Source: Eledone cirrhosa (taxonomy: Eukaryota). From it: 64,000 nucleotides of DNA. The stretch spans positions 211,792,001 through 211,856,000 of the forward strand of contig OZ024742.1 in the NCBI GenBank assembly GCA_964016885.1, in the 5' to 3' direction. The notes beneath the pieces are model-generated. The model was not told the DNA's origin, searched no databases, and saw nothing but the letters and a program-made list of their open reading frames with translations. The translations under genes and the position numbers were made by a program. Below are positions 29,624-43,289 of this stretch, one piece after another. How positions within the stretch are numbered: position 1 is the stretch's first letter; every line of letters begins with the position of its first letter.

Positions 29624-32600
29624 GTGAGCTATGAGACCCTCTTATCAGCACTTTCCCTTCCACCCACACACGCCAGCCACTCACCCGTGATGCCGCTCGG
29701 TGCCCCAGTCCGAGGCCCCACACACCATCCTCCATCCCCACAAGCCGACACCTGCAGCACTTGTAGCACCACTAACAGACGGAAGAGGGGCTGGAACTGT
29801 TCCGGGTGCGGCTGCTTCCACCACCTCACCTGTGTTAGCTTGATGCGTCGAGCTTCCAGTGCCCTCGCAGCGTGGAGATGCAGGAACTGCCTCTTCCCCT
29901 CGTTTGCCCAGCCACGGCTGTCTGGCACACCACCAGGTGAGACAGCGAGCTTGCCTGACACCCAAGCCTCGGTGGTCAACATCGCTCGGCTCAGGCGGCT
30001 CCGGAAGATCCCATTTAGGATCCTGAGAGCGGCCCGGGTGCCGGTAACCGATTCCATCGCTTCCTCGATTGAGAGCGCCCTGGATTCCAATCGAGCCAGC
30101 GACTGGGAGCGACTCTTTTATTTCGCCCCACTCGCCCTTGGCCTCCCCAGCTCTGGCGCTGACCGAGGCGGCCGGTCGACAGCAGCTTTCATCAAGGCCA
30201 ATGTTTCGTCCTTTGGGCAAGCGCCCATTCCAAGCATGCCTAGGGACGCCCCACACCTCACTCCCGGATACTCTCAATCCTCCACCCCTGAGACCAGCGC
30301 CAAGCGTGTAAATGCCAAATTAATCATGGGTGATGTCTCGGCCGCAGTCAGAGTGGTTACCTCGGAGGACAATGTCCTCCAACCCACCGAGGAGGTCTTG
30401 GCTGCCCTGCGACTCAAGCACCCTGAGTTACCCGCTGATCTCAGACACATACCACCACCCGATCCCCACATGCTCCTTGTGGCTTCCGATCAGACATCAT
30501 GTCCGCCATCAAGTCCTTCCCAGCTAGCAGCAGCGGAGGTGCTGATGGTCTCCGACCAGGCCATCTCAAGGAGTTGCTATCCCCCCTCTCCACTGAGACC
30601 GGGCGCCGCCTTCTGAATGCAATTGTGGCACTCACCAATAGGCTTATCCCTCACGCCCGAGGCCTCTTTTTTTCGGCTAGCCTCACCGCTCTCAGGAAGA
30701 AAGAGGGTGGCATACTCCCCATCGCTGTGGGCAATGTCTTCCAGAGGCTGGCTGCCAAGATTGTCTGCAGGTCCATAACACCCGAACTGGGTGAAGAGTT
30801 CAGTCAGGTGCAACTGGGTGTCAGCGTGTCCGGTGGCTGTGAGGGAGCCGCACATGCAACCAGGCAGTTCTTCAACAGCTGCCTACCGGAATCGGCATCC
30901 ATGAACTCCAGGCACCTCATTGTCAAGCTTGACATGAGGAATGCCTTCGACTGCTTACGCCGGGACCATCTGCTCGATGTCTGCCTCAGCCGAGCCCCCT
31001 CTGCCTACCCACTGACCTACCTGTCGTATGGAGCCCCCAGCATGCCCCTTGCTGCTGATACGGTCATACCTTCGGCCACTGGGTACAACAGGGAGAACCT
31101 TTGGGACCCCTCCTGTTTGCCCTTGGTATAGACCACATCGCCCGGAGTATCACGGCTCCTCTCAACGTTTGGTATCTGGATGATGCTACGTTGGGCGGGC
31201 CCGTACAGACAGTCTGCTCTGACCTACAATTGGTGGTTCCTGCCCTGGCGGGATTCAGCCTCCAGGTCAACTCGGCCAAGTCGGAGGTGGTGAATGTCAG
31301 CCACGATGCTGAGAGCTTTGCAGCCTCCGTCTCGGCGTGCGATCCATTCTCCACCAGGTACAGATGACTCCCAAAGAGGATGTCCTCATCCTCGGGTCAC
31401 CGATCCACCCGCCGGCCATCCGCTCCACCATCAGGTCCAGGCTCCAACAACTCCAGACTCTCACGAGCTGACTGGGCTTGATCGACGGCCACCCAGCTCT
31501 CTTTCTGTTGAGGAACTGCTTCGCCATGCCGAAGCTCCTCTATACCCTTCGCAGCGCTCCGTGCTACACCTACGCATCCCTCCTCGCTGACCTTGATACT
31601 TGTATCCGAGCAGCAGCCGAGGAGGTATGCAACGTCAAGTTTGACGACCGGCTTTGGCCTCCGGTCCCCGATCTCACTGGCTTTGCCGGCGTTTCTTTCG
31701 TCGGTAACCTTTTGCCGCGTCCTCGTCTGCAGGGTTCTTCAAAACACAATAGAACCCTCTGTGTTCAGAGAACGTGAAGCCGCCTGTGAGACGTGGGACC
31801 AGCTGGGACTTAGCCCAGTAGACGTCCCTCCTCCTTCTCCCCCTGCTGACGTCAAGTCCCCCCAAAGCACTTGGGATACCATCCAGTGCAGCCTGGCTTC
31901 AGACAGGCTCACGCATCAGCTCGACCAGCACCGCCTTGCCTGTTTTCGTGCGGCCTCCAAACCCCACAATGGTGCCTGGCTCCATGCCCTGCCCTCCTTT
32001 TCCACTGGCACGCAGCTAGACAACAATAGCCTGCGCATCGGCGTTTCCTTAAGGCTCGGCCTCCGGATCTGCGAGCCACACCAATGTCGCTGCAGATCCA
32101 CCGTGGACTCTTTCGGCCTCCACCCGATTTCCTGTAGCTACAGTGCCGGCCGCCTTCCACGCCATGCTGCCCTCAACGAGGTTATAAAGCATGGCTTGGA
32201 TTCTGCAGGCTTCCCTTCCCTGCTTAAGCCTGTGGGGCTGGACCGAGGGGACAGCAAAAGGCCAGATGGCATGACCATCTTCCCGTTCCGCGGTGGCAAA
32301 CCCCTCGTCTGGGATGCCACTTGCACCGACACTTTCTGCAGCCGCAACCTGGTGCAGTCTGCGACTAACCCAGGTTCTGCTGCACGTCGGGCTGAGGGGG
32401 CCAAACTCCTTAAATACCGGTCGCTCTCCGACAGGTTTGCGGTCGTACCCCTGGCAGTGGAGACTTCTGGTGTCCTCGGCCCTAGGGCTACCTCCTTACT
32501 CACCACCATAGCCGCTGAGCTGGCCAGCCGCAGGTGTGAGCTCCGCGAGTTGGAGTGGCTTTTCGAGCGCGTTTCCCTTGCCGTCCTCCGGGGAAACACC

Positions 32601-32666
32601 TTCTCCATTCTGTCCGTCGGGGCTGTGGGGAGACAAGCCGATTATATTACGAATTCTGTTGAATAG
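29624..32666 (+). mobile_element. CRE-clade non-LTR retrotransposon, near full length, frameshifted (PHD finger, RT, zinc knuckle, restriction-like endonuclease)
   Basis: GADGLRPGHL, KKEGGILPIAVG, QLGV..GCE, KLDMRNAF, WYLDD, CRC..GLHPISC..RH, RPDG..WDAT, AEGAKLLKY, PLAVETSG across five overlapping ORFs. Confidence 0.92.
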
Positions 32667-33934
32667 TCTTAAAAACAACCCACTTAAAGGTCACTGTCAT
32701 CACCACCACTACACACTGCAAAGCATGTTGCCTGATGCTCTAACGACTCTGCTAATCCACCGCCCTGTGAAAATATTACAGTATATATTTTTTTGTTGAA
32801 GGTAAAGGTACTAATCGAAAGTCAAAAGAAGATAACTTTTGCAAACTTGAATATGTACACTATCAACGGAGAAACTGCGAAATAAATCATCTGCTGCAGA
32901 ATTTTTGCCACGCTTGATGGGTTGGCTGAAAACTTCATAGGATGACCAACATAGTCTTATGGAATGACCAAATGAGGTTTATTTTTCAACATAGTCCCTA
33001 GAAAGAAATAAGAAGAGATGAAATTAATGCATAAAAGATTTCACAGCACTAGCATCACACCTTCATAGTCAGTCTATGGACTTTTTCAGTTGTGTACTGA
33101 AATATGAAATCCACTTTATCTCCCTAGAGAAGTATCGTCTATCTAGTTCGGAACGAGTGGCATTGATTAGTGACTTATTGTCGTAAAGAAACTTGATGCA
33201 TTTCCCCAACGGTGCCTGCACAATACTAACAAAGCCCGATGGCGTGAATCATAATAAAAGAAGAAATCCTTTGAATGTCCATCTCCTAATTATTGTAGTA
33301 TATTGTTGCAGGGGACTGGTTCTGATTGACTAAATACATCTTACCAGGCATGTAAAAGTGTCTATTTGCTGATCACCACCTGCGAGTATTGGCGCAGAAG
33401 GCCAGCACGAGCTAAATATCGTCTGAGAAGACACAGAAACAATATCAACTAATCAATAGGAATGGTGGTGCCTTGCTGTTCGTTGAACGGCTCAGGAAAA
33501 TTTAAAACTAAAACTAAACTAAATAATTGTCTAAATTCGTCTTTGTTTATCTGTACTAAAATGGAGAATTTTATTTTTTTTAGAATGTCCGAAAAGCATA
33601 CAGTACGAACAGTGAATACCTCTTAACATACATACCCCATAAATAATAGATATAAATAAAAAAAGGATTCTTTATTGCTGATTTTATTTATATATTTTAT
33701 AGAATTACAGGCAATAAATCAATTTACAATTGTATAAATAGCATTGCAAATATTGGTGGAAATATGAAAGAAAAAGAAAAAAAAAGAGGGGGGGGGGGAT
33801 AAAAACGAAACCAAGGTGGGGGAGGGTTAATAGGAAAGTAGGAGAAATGGCTATAAATGCCACAAATGATAGGAAAAGGGGGAAAAAGTAAAGACTATGA
33901 GGCCACAAAAGAAAGAGAGAGGGAAGAAGAGCGG

Positions 33935-34670
33935 GTGATAGCTCTATGCATAAGGTGTTTTGGCTGCGCCCCGCGGGCAAAATTGCAAAAGCAATTCCGC
34001 GGACAATGGCCAGTGACACTCACTGCAACAACCACCCTTACCTCGCTGGGTTCCTTCCTCAGGCGGACTGTTGACGATCCGATTTTATGAAGGAGCTCGG
34101 CAGTAGTCTCGACGGCGGCCGGTCCGAAGAGGAAGCGGCAGGACAAGCCCCGGTATTTGCTTGTCTTCCTGCCCTCCGCATTTCGGGCCGACTAAGTTGA
34201 ATGAGGAGAATGTGCCATAACATTTGGCGTCCAGATGAGGCATTTACCTCCTTTGAATGGGAAGCGGGTAATTCCATCGGGGCGCTTGCCGTCTCCGCGG
34301 TCGAGACCTGCTGACTCCAGTTGTGATGGCAAGCCAGCTGCATCCAGGCTCGAGAGCGGTATGTTGGGGAGAACGACCTGCGCTCTGGCGGCATGACAGT
34401 GAGTGCAGACCAAATTTCATCAACGACAGCCCCAATAGCAGCATTTGTGTGGCTCTCACACGCAGAGGCCGAGGCTTTGAGCCACTCCGATGAGAATGCA
34501 CTCGTCATCAAGAAAAGTACCGGTTGATGAGTCGTGCACCGAATTGAGCCACACTCCGCTGTTTGGCTGCGAAGCGGATCGGCGGTGGGCGAGGCGGTGT
34601 TTGTCCAATCCAGACTCGATCCGCCTGAAGGAAGACCTATACATGATGTCGTCCCAGTTACATCGGACAT
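33935..34670 (-). mobile_element. CRE-type 3' fragment (RLE domain), degenerate
   Basis: LDKHRLA..NSGVWL; [39 protein letters not shown]; SLAIVRG. Confidence 0.85.
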
Positions 34671-35660
34671 CTAAACTATAATAAAGTAAGGAGTGCGGGA
34701 CTGCATCCAGAATAAATTTTTTTTAGCCCGTAAGTTGGATTACTTTGAATAAATAATGATTTCTGGTTTCTCCTCACCCAGAGCGGATAAATCTTTCGCC
34801 TTTTACTTTGAATAAATAATGAATGAATATTACACAATTTATGTACTAAATTTCGTAACTAAATTGCGTATTTATAAATAATTTAAAATTGAATTCTTTT
34901 CAAAGTTACAAATTTCTACCCTTCCGGTACATCGTCGCCATCACCACAACTTCAACTACGATATATATATATATAGAAAGAGAGAGTTTGTGATGAGAGA
35001 GATAGAGTGATTATGACTTTCTACACACTGACGCGTATGATTGTGTACATATGAGTATATAACTATAATCGCGCAAACACAAACTTATAAAAATACACCT
35101 CACGGACATACATTCAGATAAATACACATACTTTCACACAAACACACATCACACATACATTTATACAAACACACACAAAGTCATGATAGCGTTCGGTGAA
35201 TTGGAAATGGAAGGGTAAAACAAGTATAACGTTTTATTTATTTATTAACAATACAGTTTAACTCTTTTTTTTTTAAACTCATTTGTATAAAAATTTAATA
35301 TAATACATACAGAACGAAAACACAAACAAATATAATGTTTCTCGAGTTTTATTTATTCGACAAATTTGAATTCGGTTATATAATGTTTGCAATAACAAAA
35401 AGAAAAAGAAAGCGGGAAAACAATTAAATAACGAAAGTAAGGAAAAGGTTTAGGGGAAAGGAAGGTAGAAAGGCAATGTTTAAATAAAAGAAGAGAGGAA
35501 AAAAACTGCGTAGAAACTTAAGAAGGAATACCAAAATATAGTAAAAAACAACAACAAACAAATCCTAGTTTAAAACAGTATAGAAAATGTAAAGAAAGGG
35601 GTGAACAACCGAGCCAACACCAGAGCAAAAGACAGCAGCAAGGAGTACTGGGGGACCTCT

Positions 35661-37720
35661 CTAGTGACTTTTGAGGCAAGCCAGCACACTCGCAGCATCC
35701 AGGATGTGGGAGAGAGAGCAAAGAGTCACTAACAGTGACGTCCCAGACAAGGGACCTGCCTCTCGACCATGGGCACAGAGTAAGGCTGTCAGGTCTTTTG
35801 CCATCACTTCTGGACAACCCAGATGGTTACAAGACTGGGGGGGGGGTTTCGCCCGGGCCAAAGCTCTCTTGAGGATGAGGTTTAGCTCCGTGTGACGTGC
35901 GAAGCGGCCGGCATTCAGGCGGCAAGAAAGACCGCATCGGCCCCTTAAACCCATGCAGGCGTCAGCTCCCACTCTGAGGGCGATAGAGACACGAAGTTCG
36001 TCCAGGCTGAGTAGACCACCGACGTTGGCCACGGGTAGGGCATCAACCCAGTCGCCTGAGTATTTGGCGCTGGCAAATAGTAAGCGGCATCTTGCAAACT
36101 GATCTGACTGGACGAAGAGGGAGTCGAAGGTGGTCTTCGAACTTATGCTGTCCCAAGTTCTCTGACTTCGACTGTCCTCCACCTTCTCAGGAAGAGACAA
36201 GTTCAACTCACTCCATTGCTGGAGAGTTTAGGCGGGACAGTCAGACATCCCGTCTAATTGGATATAATATACTGGCTGGCACATCATCAAACAAGAAAGA
36301 ACATACATCAAGATTATGTTACGTGAACATTTTAATTAGAGCAAATTATAATACAGTCAATACATCAGTGCTCCTAGGTTGGGTAATTGTCCATTATCAT
36401 ATTATGCCGCGACCGCATGGTGTGATGTCGCTGTTTCGTCGCTGCGTGGAATCACGTCTGTTCACTTCTAGGTACCACCGTCTAAGAGTGTTGTTTCAGC
36501 TACTGACGTCAGAACGTGACACCAGAACGTGACGTCAGAACGTCAGAACTAAGGGCAGTTAATCGACTGCCTCCAAAGTCGACGCTAGGTGGCGTGATCT
36601 TCTACCAGAGCTTCACCCAACTCCCTGTTGGAACTAGTTTATGTTGGAGAGGAGAGGATGCTGCTCTCCGGGGTGGAGGAAAGGAAGCAGGAGAGAGAGA
36701 GGGACGAAAACTTACGAAGACCAAGACCCCCAAATCGCTTGGGCAACGCAGCCTGGTCGCGGGACTCTGAAGAGAGTCTAAAATTGACCAGGCACTCGAG
36801 TCTTTCGAAGATTAGGTCGTCGAAGCGTTGGAGGCAGGACGGTAATCTGTGAGAGGGGCTGACCCTGAGCAGATACAGAAGCTTAGGAATAGATAGGTAG
36901 TTCCTGAGTATGAAGAAACCTTGATGGGGTTCGATAACCTCAATATTCTTCAGCAGCTGCTCAAGGCCAACCATCTTCGATTGGAAGATTGACTCGAAGG
37001 CAAGGTCTGTGATTGGGGCTCCTAAGGAGCACCAAGTTGACGGGGGAGGGACCGCGATGGAAGGGAAGGACTCTGCAAACAGGTCGATCAGCTGTTGGTG
37101 TTGAGAAGCCGGGTGGTTGAGAATCCAGAGCTCACATTTGGAGCTATTGACCTGGAGACCCCGTTGGCCAAGCTCCTCAACCATCTTGTTGGCAGGCGTC
37201 GTCGAGGTACCAGACATTGACGTGCAACTCAACCCCCATCTTGGTGACGTCATCAATGCCCACTGCAAGCAGAGCGGGCCCGAGTGCGTCACGCTGTTGG
37301 ACTCCTGAGGCAGAGGTGATGATTTGGTTACCGAAAGAGAGGTAGGAGGGCTCCCGATAAGCCTGCCAAGCAAAGTGGTAGAGTTGTGGGACCGTCTCTC
37401 TTACTGAGCCGAGGACGACGTCGCGGCTGACGGAGTTAAAGGCGTTCCTGAGGTCAAGTTTGAGGATGACCTTGGGGGACGAGGAGGGCAAGTTGGTAAA
37501 TGCTCTGGTAGCGTGGACAGCAGCCTCACATCCCAACTTGGTACCCACCCCCAGCTGGATGGGTAGAATTCCTGCGCCAGTGAGTCGGAGACCAACAGCA
37601 AACACGCCTTTGCAGTGAGGTGGCGAAGGGTGCAGCCAACCGCAATGGGGCGCAGGTCTCCGTTGAGCCTGGTTAGACCAAATAGCTTCGCACCGAAGAA
37701 CAGTGGGCAGATGAACGGGA
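35661..37720 (-). mobile_element. CRE-type element of a second subfamily, 5'-truncated, with internal insertion
   Basis: LRPIAVG, QLGVGTKLGCE, KLDLRNAFNS, GVQQRDALGP, WYLDD, PKLLYLLR, RHTELN, RPDSL..WDVT. Confidence 0.88.
36227..36606. mobile_element. 380-bp insertion (solo-LTR-like) in the CRE copy
   Basis: 4-bp TSD agag. Removing it restores the ELGEALQQWSELNL reading. Confidence 0.65.
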
Positions 37721-38282
37721 GAACGTATGTATACAAAGGAAAAGAAAACGAAAAAAAAAAAGAAAGAGAAAAAAATACACTAGCACGTAATGCACACATC
37801 TAAGACCACATAGGCTGGATAATGTAGTTAGGTAACAGAACACGGTAGCAAAAGAGTCACTAATTGTGACGTCCCATTCACACAAATACACATAGTTTCA
37901 CACAAACACATACATACATTCACATAAACACACACTCACACATATACATTTACACAAACACACACATACAGTCATGATAGCGTTCGGTGTATTGGAAATG
38001 GGAGGGTAGAAGTACAACTTTTTATTTATTTATTAACAACACAGTTTAACTCTTTTTTTTTTTTAAAACTCATTTGTATAAAAATTTAATATAATGATTA
38101 CAGAACGAAAACACTAACAAATATAATATATACAAAGGAAAGGGAAAGGAAAAAAGAGAAAGAGAAAAAATACACAAGCACGTAATACCCACATCATAGA
38201 CCACACAGAACAATATGGAGGCGAAACGAGACGCTACCAGAGCAAAAGATAGCAATGTAGCGAGAAACACTGGGAAACATCT

Positions 38283-38720
38283 TTAATAATTTTTGAGGCA
38301 AGCCAGCACGCTCGCAGTGTTACCTGGGGTAATGGCGAGGCTGAGGTGCTGGAACAACCAAGTGCCTTCATGAGCATCACCAGTTACCTCTGTTTTGCGA
38401 GCAGCCAGTGAAGATAAGAACCTCGCTGTCAGTAGCCTGACTCCCCCAAACGTCTCGAACGCCACAGGCTGGATAATGTAGTTAACTGACAGGATTTTAG
38501 GATTTTGTTCCGTTCAGCTGCGGATGCTGTAGCTCTCGCCCTTAGACTCTGCATCCAGAATGTGGGAAGAAGTAAGAGTCACTAACTATGACGTACCAGG
38601 TAAGGCACCTGCATCTTGACCAGGAGCACAGAGTAAGACCGTCAAGTCTTTCCCCATCAATTCTGGACAACCCAGACCGTTCTAAAATTGAAGGGGTGTT
38701 TGCCCGGGCCAAAGCTCTTG
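38283..38720 (-). mobile_element. CRE-type 3' fragment
   Basis: AFETFGG..WLFQHLSLAI..GNTASVLACL. 3' flank 37880-38130 duplicates 35110-35335. Confidence 0.8.
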
Positions 38721-38919
38721 AGTGGTAATAGGACAGTATGTGTATGTGTGCACGCGCGAGTTTGTCGGTGTTCTTAAATTAGAGACATGTGTGTGTGTGT
38801 CACTGTTTTTAAGTTAAAGACAGATATGTGTATCCCTTCCCTTCCTTTTACATACACATACATTCACACAAACACACATACACATTGTGTGATGGACGGG
38901 TGGACAGAAGTCCCTCAAA

Positions 38920-39560
38920 TTTATATACATGTGAATGGAGTTCTACTGAAGCAGTTAGAGAAGTTCAAGTATCTTGGAGCCGTGTTCATGAGTGATGGAA
39001 TGCAGGAGGCTGAATTAAGTGCAAGAATTGTAAAAGTTGACGCAGTAATGCCCCAACCTCAGTAATCAGAAGAAGGGGGTAGGTGTAAAAGCCAAACTCG
39101 CTGTCTTCCTGGTATTCCTGCCAACTCTTACCGAGGATCATGAATCTTAAGTAATGACCAAAAAGAATACAATTGCAAATAAAAGCGACAGAAATGGGAT
39201 TCCTCCGAAGGATCTTTGGAGTAACGTTACTCGATAAAGTGCATAGCTCAGAGACCAGAGAGTCACTCCTGGTAGAGCCGCTACTTCTCGGAATTGAGAG
39301 ATCACAACTCCGATATTATGAGAATGTGGTTAGAATGTTTCAGTAAAGAATCGCTGGACACATTTTACAGGCAAAACCAACCGGCAAGAGACCCAGAAGT
39401 AGACCCTGAGCAAGATAGTTGGATAACATCCATGAGCTTGGCTGGTCACACTTTGGGATCCAGCTGGATCAGTTAGAGATGTTTGCTACTGACAGACTCG
39501 CTGGAAGGAGTGTTTGAGAAGGACTCTGCCCCCACGACCATCTCAGAAATAAGTGGGCAA
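38920..39560 (+). mobile_element. Degenerate RTE (Expander-like) 3' fragment
   Basis: LKQLEKFKYLGAVFMSDG..ARI plus further broken RTE C-terminal motifs. Confidence 0.75.
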
Positions 39561-39665
39561 AGAAGATATTGTCAATTTACTTTTCAATTTACATATATTT
39601 GTGTATAATACCAATAAGCACACTACATATGTTAACAGAAAACCGCCCGAAGGGAGGTTTTTCAG

Positions 39666-40735
39666 CTAGTTTATATAATGGGGGATAGAGAGGCCTTCAC
39701 CTGTCCAGTCAGCCAAAGCCTGCTCAAGTTCTGAGGCCACGTCAATTTCGGCCGTCTTGCTAAGGACCTCGCTGACGAGGGTGAAACAGGAGGACATTGG
39801 GGAGAAGTAGGCTGGCAGTGCCAATTCCGAAGTGGATCGGAGCCCGAGGCAACCAAATCTCGCTGGGAGCTTTACCTGTTGCCAGCCGGCGCTGTCGAAA
39901 CTAACATTACAGATGAATTCTGCACAGCGTCGGATGGTGGCTTCGTGTTCACCGAGGTGTTCTGCGCAGGGGCGACAAGGTGCATCGCGCTGTGTGAACA
40001 GAAATTTTGGAAGGGTGAAGCAGTTTCTCAAGAGTTCTCAAGAGGAATAATGCCTAGTGAGCGTCGATGAGGCGCAGTCTCTCTGCCATTCGCGGAGGTT
40101 TGCGTTAATCGCCCCAGACTTGGATGGGTTGATCTCGAGACCGAAAATCTTTAGAGATGGGATGATTAGCAAAAGGTCTTCAAATACCGTCTCAGCCGAG
40201 ACACCCAGGGTCGCGTCGTCCAGGTACCAAACGTTTCATGTCCAGCTTCACAGGGAGGTGGAGTGACGAAGAAGGCTGCATGAGCTGCGGCCTCACAACC
40301 GCACTTGATTCCCACTCCGAGCTGAACAGGGCTTAGCGCCTCGTTCAGGTCGTCTTTGACTGATTTGCAGGCTATCTTGGCAGCAAGTCATCGGAAGACG
40401 TTGCCTAATGCGATGGGACAGACGCCTCCATCATTCTTCCTCAGGCTCGCAGGGCAAGTTGGAGCGGAGAAGACAGTTGGTGAGGGCTGTGATCGACTGG
40501 AACAATCATGTTTCGTACAGTCGTATGTATACTGCTTGCGCACTGGGCAGCACGAGAGGGTCACAGAAAGAAGCGATATTGCCCTTATGCCTCGAAGTCA
40601 GGGAGGCGCCCGATCTCTCCCCCGCAGTCGGGTTCCCTGCCATCAGGATCCCGAGTGCGAGGGTCGCAAAACTGAACGGTTTTGTCCAGTCATGCGGGTC
40701 GCCCGAGTCAAGCGCTCGATCAATGGACGACATAA
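39666..40735 (-). mobile_element. CRE-type internal fragment with deletions
   Basis: IDRALDSGDPHDW, WYLDDATLG, RNCFTLPKFLF, LPARFGCLGLRS. Confidence 0.85.
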
Positions 40736-40769
40736 ATGGACGACATCAATGGACGAAATAAAAGCATAA

Positions 40770-41255
40770 ATTTAATATAGTTTAACGATAGATCTTTAAA
40801 TCTGGCAACACATATAACATACATATTTAATATAGGTTAACGATAGATCTTTAAATCTGGCAACACATATAACATACATATTTAATATAGGTTAACGATA
40901 GATCTTTAAATCTGGCAACACATATAACATACATATTTAATATAGGTTAACGATAGATCTTTAAATCTGGCAACACATATAACATACATATTTAATATAG
41001 GTTAACGATAGATCTTTAAATCTGGCAACACATATAACATACATATTTAATATAGGTTAACGATAGATCTTTAAACCTGGCAACACATATAACATACATA
41101 TTTAATATAGGTTAACGATAGATCTTTAAATCTGGCAACACATATAACATACATATTTAATATAGGTTAACGATAGATCTTTAAATCTGGCAACACATAT
41201 AACATACATATTTAATATAGGTTAACGGTAGATCTTTAAACCTGGCAACATATAA
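40770..41255. repeat. 55-bp minisatellite, ~9 near-identical copies
   Basis: Unit atttaatataggttaacgatagatctttaaatctggcaacacatataacatacat. Confidence 0.97.
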
Positions 41256-41519
41256 TACATATAGTAGACCTGTCAACTCTCCCCGTCCGACGGAGAGATC
41301 TTCCACCAACTTCGGGGTGGTTGAGAGATGCCTTCTTCAGTGAAAATGGGTATAGCTTTTATTATGTAAAATCTCCCCATTTTGCCCATTTCTCCGCGTT
41401 TTGGGACACTTTTTTTCATGGTACTCCCCATTTGGGTTTTTAGAGGTTGGCAGATCTGCAACATGTAAGACATCTTTCTGAAATCGATACAACCTATAAT
41501 TCTTATGGTGTTTCTACTA

Positions 41520-41708
41520 ATAATTGTTTCTACTTTTGGCACAAGGCCAGCAATTTCCCCAGTGTATTACTAGTACTTTATTTTATCGACCCCGTAAGGA
41601 TGAAAGGTAAAGTTAGCCTCGGCGCGATTTGAACTCAGACTATAAAGGGCCGTAACTCTTTGCTGCAAAGCATGGCGTCCGACTCTCTACCAATACTGCC
41701 AATCCACG
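41520..41708 (-). mobile_element. tRNA-derived SINE
   Basis: Family match. Confidence 0.9.
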
Positions 41709-41729
41709 ACATAATAACGGACTCTACTG

Positions 41730-41918
41730 AAGACTTCTGGTCTCCTCGGCCCCAGGGCTACCTCCTTACTCACCACCATAGGCGCTGAGCTGACCAGCCG
41801 CAGGTATGAGCCCCGCGAGTTGGAGTGGCTTTTCCAGTGCGTCTCCCTTGCCGTCGTCCGGGGAAACGCCTTCTCCATTCTGACCGCCAGGGCTGTGGGT
41901 GGGCCCCATCGCGTACCG
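41730..41918 (+). mobile_element. CRE 3' fragment
   Basis: Close match to 32460-32630. Shorter 3' ends occur at ~22050-22085, ~24525-24575 and ~60140-60252. Confidence 0.85.
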
Positions 41919-43289
41919 TTGTAGTTGTTGTACACAGATATTAACTCATCAATCGCATTGTCCTAATATGAATATTATGGCTATATTTTTTAAATAGAGT
42001 TTATCACCCATCGTTAAAAAATAAAAACATTTTGACATACAAGGATTCTAATCAGACGTTTTCAACAGGGAATTATATTCGGAGATAAGAAGAATTAAGG
42101 TCACTTAGAATAGTAGCGCCAAAATGAGTCGTGAAATAAAAGGCGTGACAACATATAATTGTTGTTGCAATCACGTGGGGGTATTTGTTAAAAGTATTTA
42201 GTACAAAATGAAACAAAAGAAAAACTAAAGCCCTCCAGAGAAAACGTAATTATTACAAATGATTAAAATTTACTTTTAGTTACAGTTAACAGTTATGGAT
42301 CCTACAGCGTTCATGATTTAGTGTGAAGTTCAATGCTAATCTGCTTTCGGTCCTCAATAGGACATGTGATGGGTTTTTTTTGTTTTAGAAGAGCTGTAAC
42401 ATTAGCTAGTCATATACCTATCAGTCTGCTTATCTACCCACTTACCAACCATTGTACTTATCCACCTATATATACATTTCTATCTGTCACAAAATTAAAG
42501 AGTAGACGATATCCCCTCGGGTAATTTCTAAAGTAGGACTGTAATTTCAGGAAAGAATAGTTAATTTGCATGGAGTTCCTCTTAACCTTGTAAAAGATAC
42601 GTAACTATTAGCAACTTTCACAATTTTTAGACAGGGGCGGTGGAACTCTGTGTGTGTGTGTGATGGTGGTGGTGGCGGTCGTGGTGGTGGTGGCGGTCGT
42701 GGTGGTGGTGGCGGTCGTGGTGGTGGTGGCGGTCGTGGTGGTGGTTGTGTGTGTGGGGGGGGGGGGGGGGGGGGGGGGGTTGTGCCCCCCCCCTAATAAT
42801 TATATTTTTTCTCCCCAAACTACCAAAACACATCTATTTGTATATGCACTACAATTTATGTGGATGTTATGTAGGGACAGATGGGAGAGATAGATATAGA
42901 TATAGAGAGGGGGAGAGTTTGGTGGTAATTGATATAGAGAGGAAGGTTGGGAGAGTGTGTTGTATATTAGATATAGAGAGGGGGTGAGATTGATGTTTAT
43001 TGATCTAGAGAGAGGAATTTGAAGAGAGTGGGCGGGGGGGGGGGGGGATCTGACAAATTAATAAGCGAGGGATGATTATTCAAGACCTGGGAGTACGTGA
43101 ATTATTGACGGACGTAAGAATGAAAACTCAATACCGAAATAGAGTTTAAATATTTATTTATTATGGCTAAGCCTTGTTACTCTGGAGTCTCACCTGCATA
43201 CTCACCAAACATGACTGGTGAATGTGAAGAAGCTCGATATATTAATCTCTTTGGAAAGGGCACAGAGCATAAATTCTAATTATATATAT

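Noticed and set aside
29629-32608. Antisense ORFs over the CRE element
   Set aside because: Shadow ORFs of GC-rich coding sequence with no recognisable motifs.
40770-41255. CRISPR-like array
   Set aside because: Contiguous near-identical units with no unique spacers, no cas genes, and a eukaryotic context.
42627-42833. His-rich (HHHHDR)n ORF
   Set aside because: 18-bp tandem repeat and G-run inside a MITE remnant.
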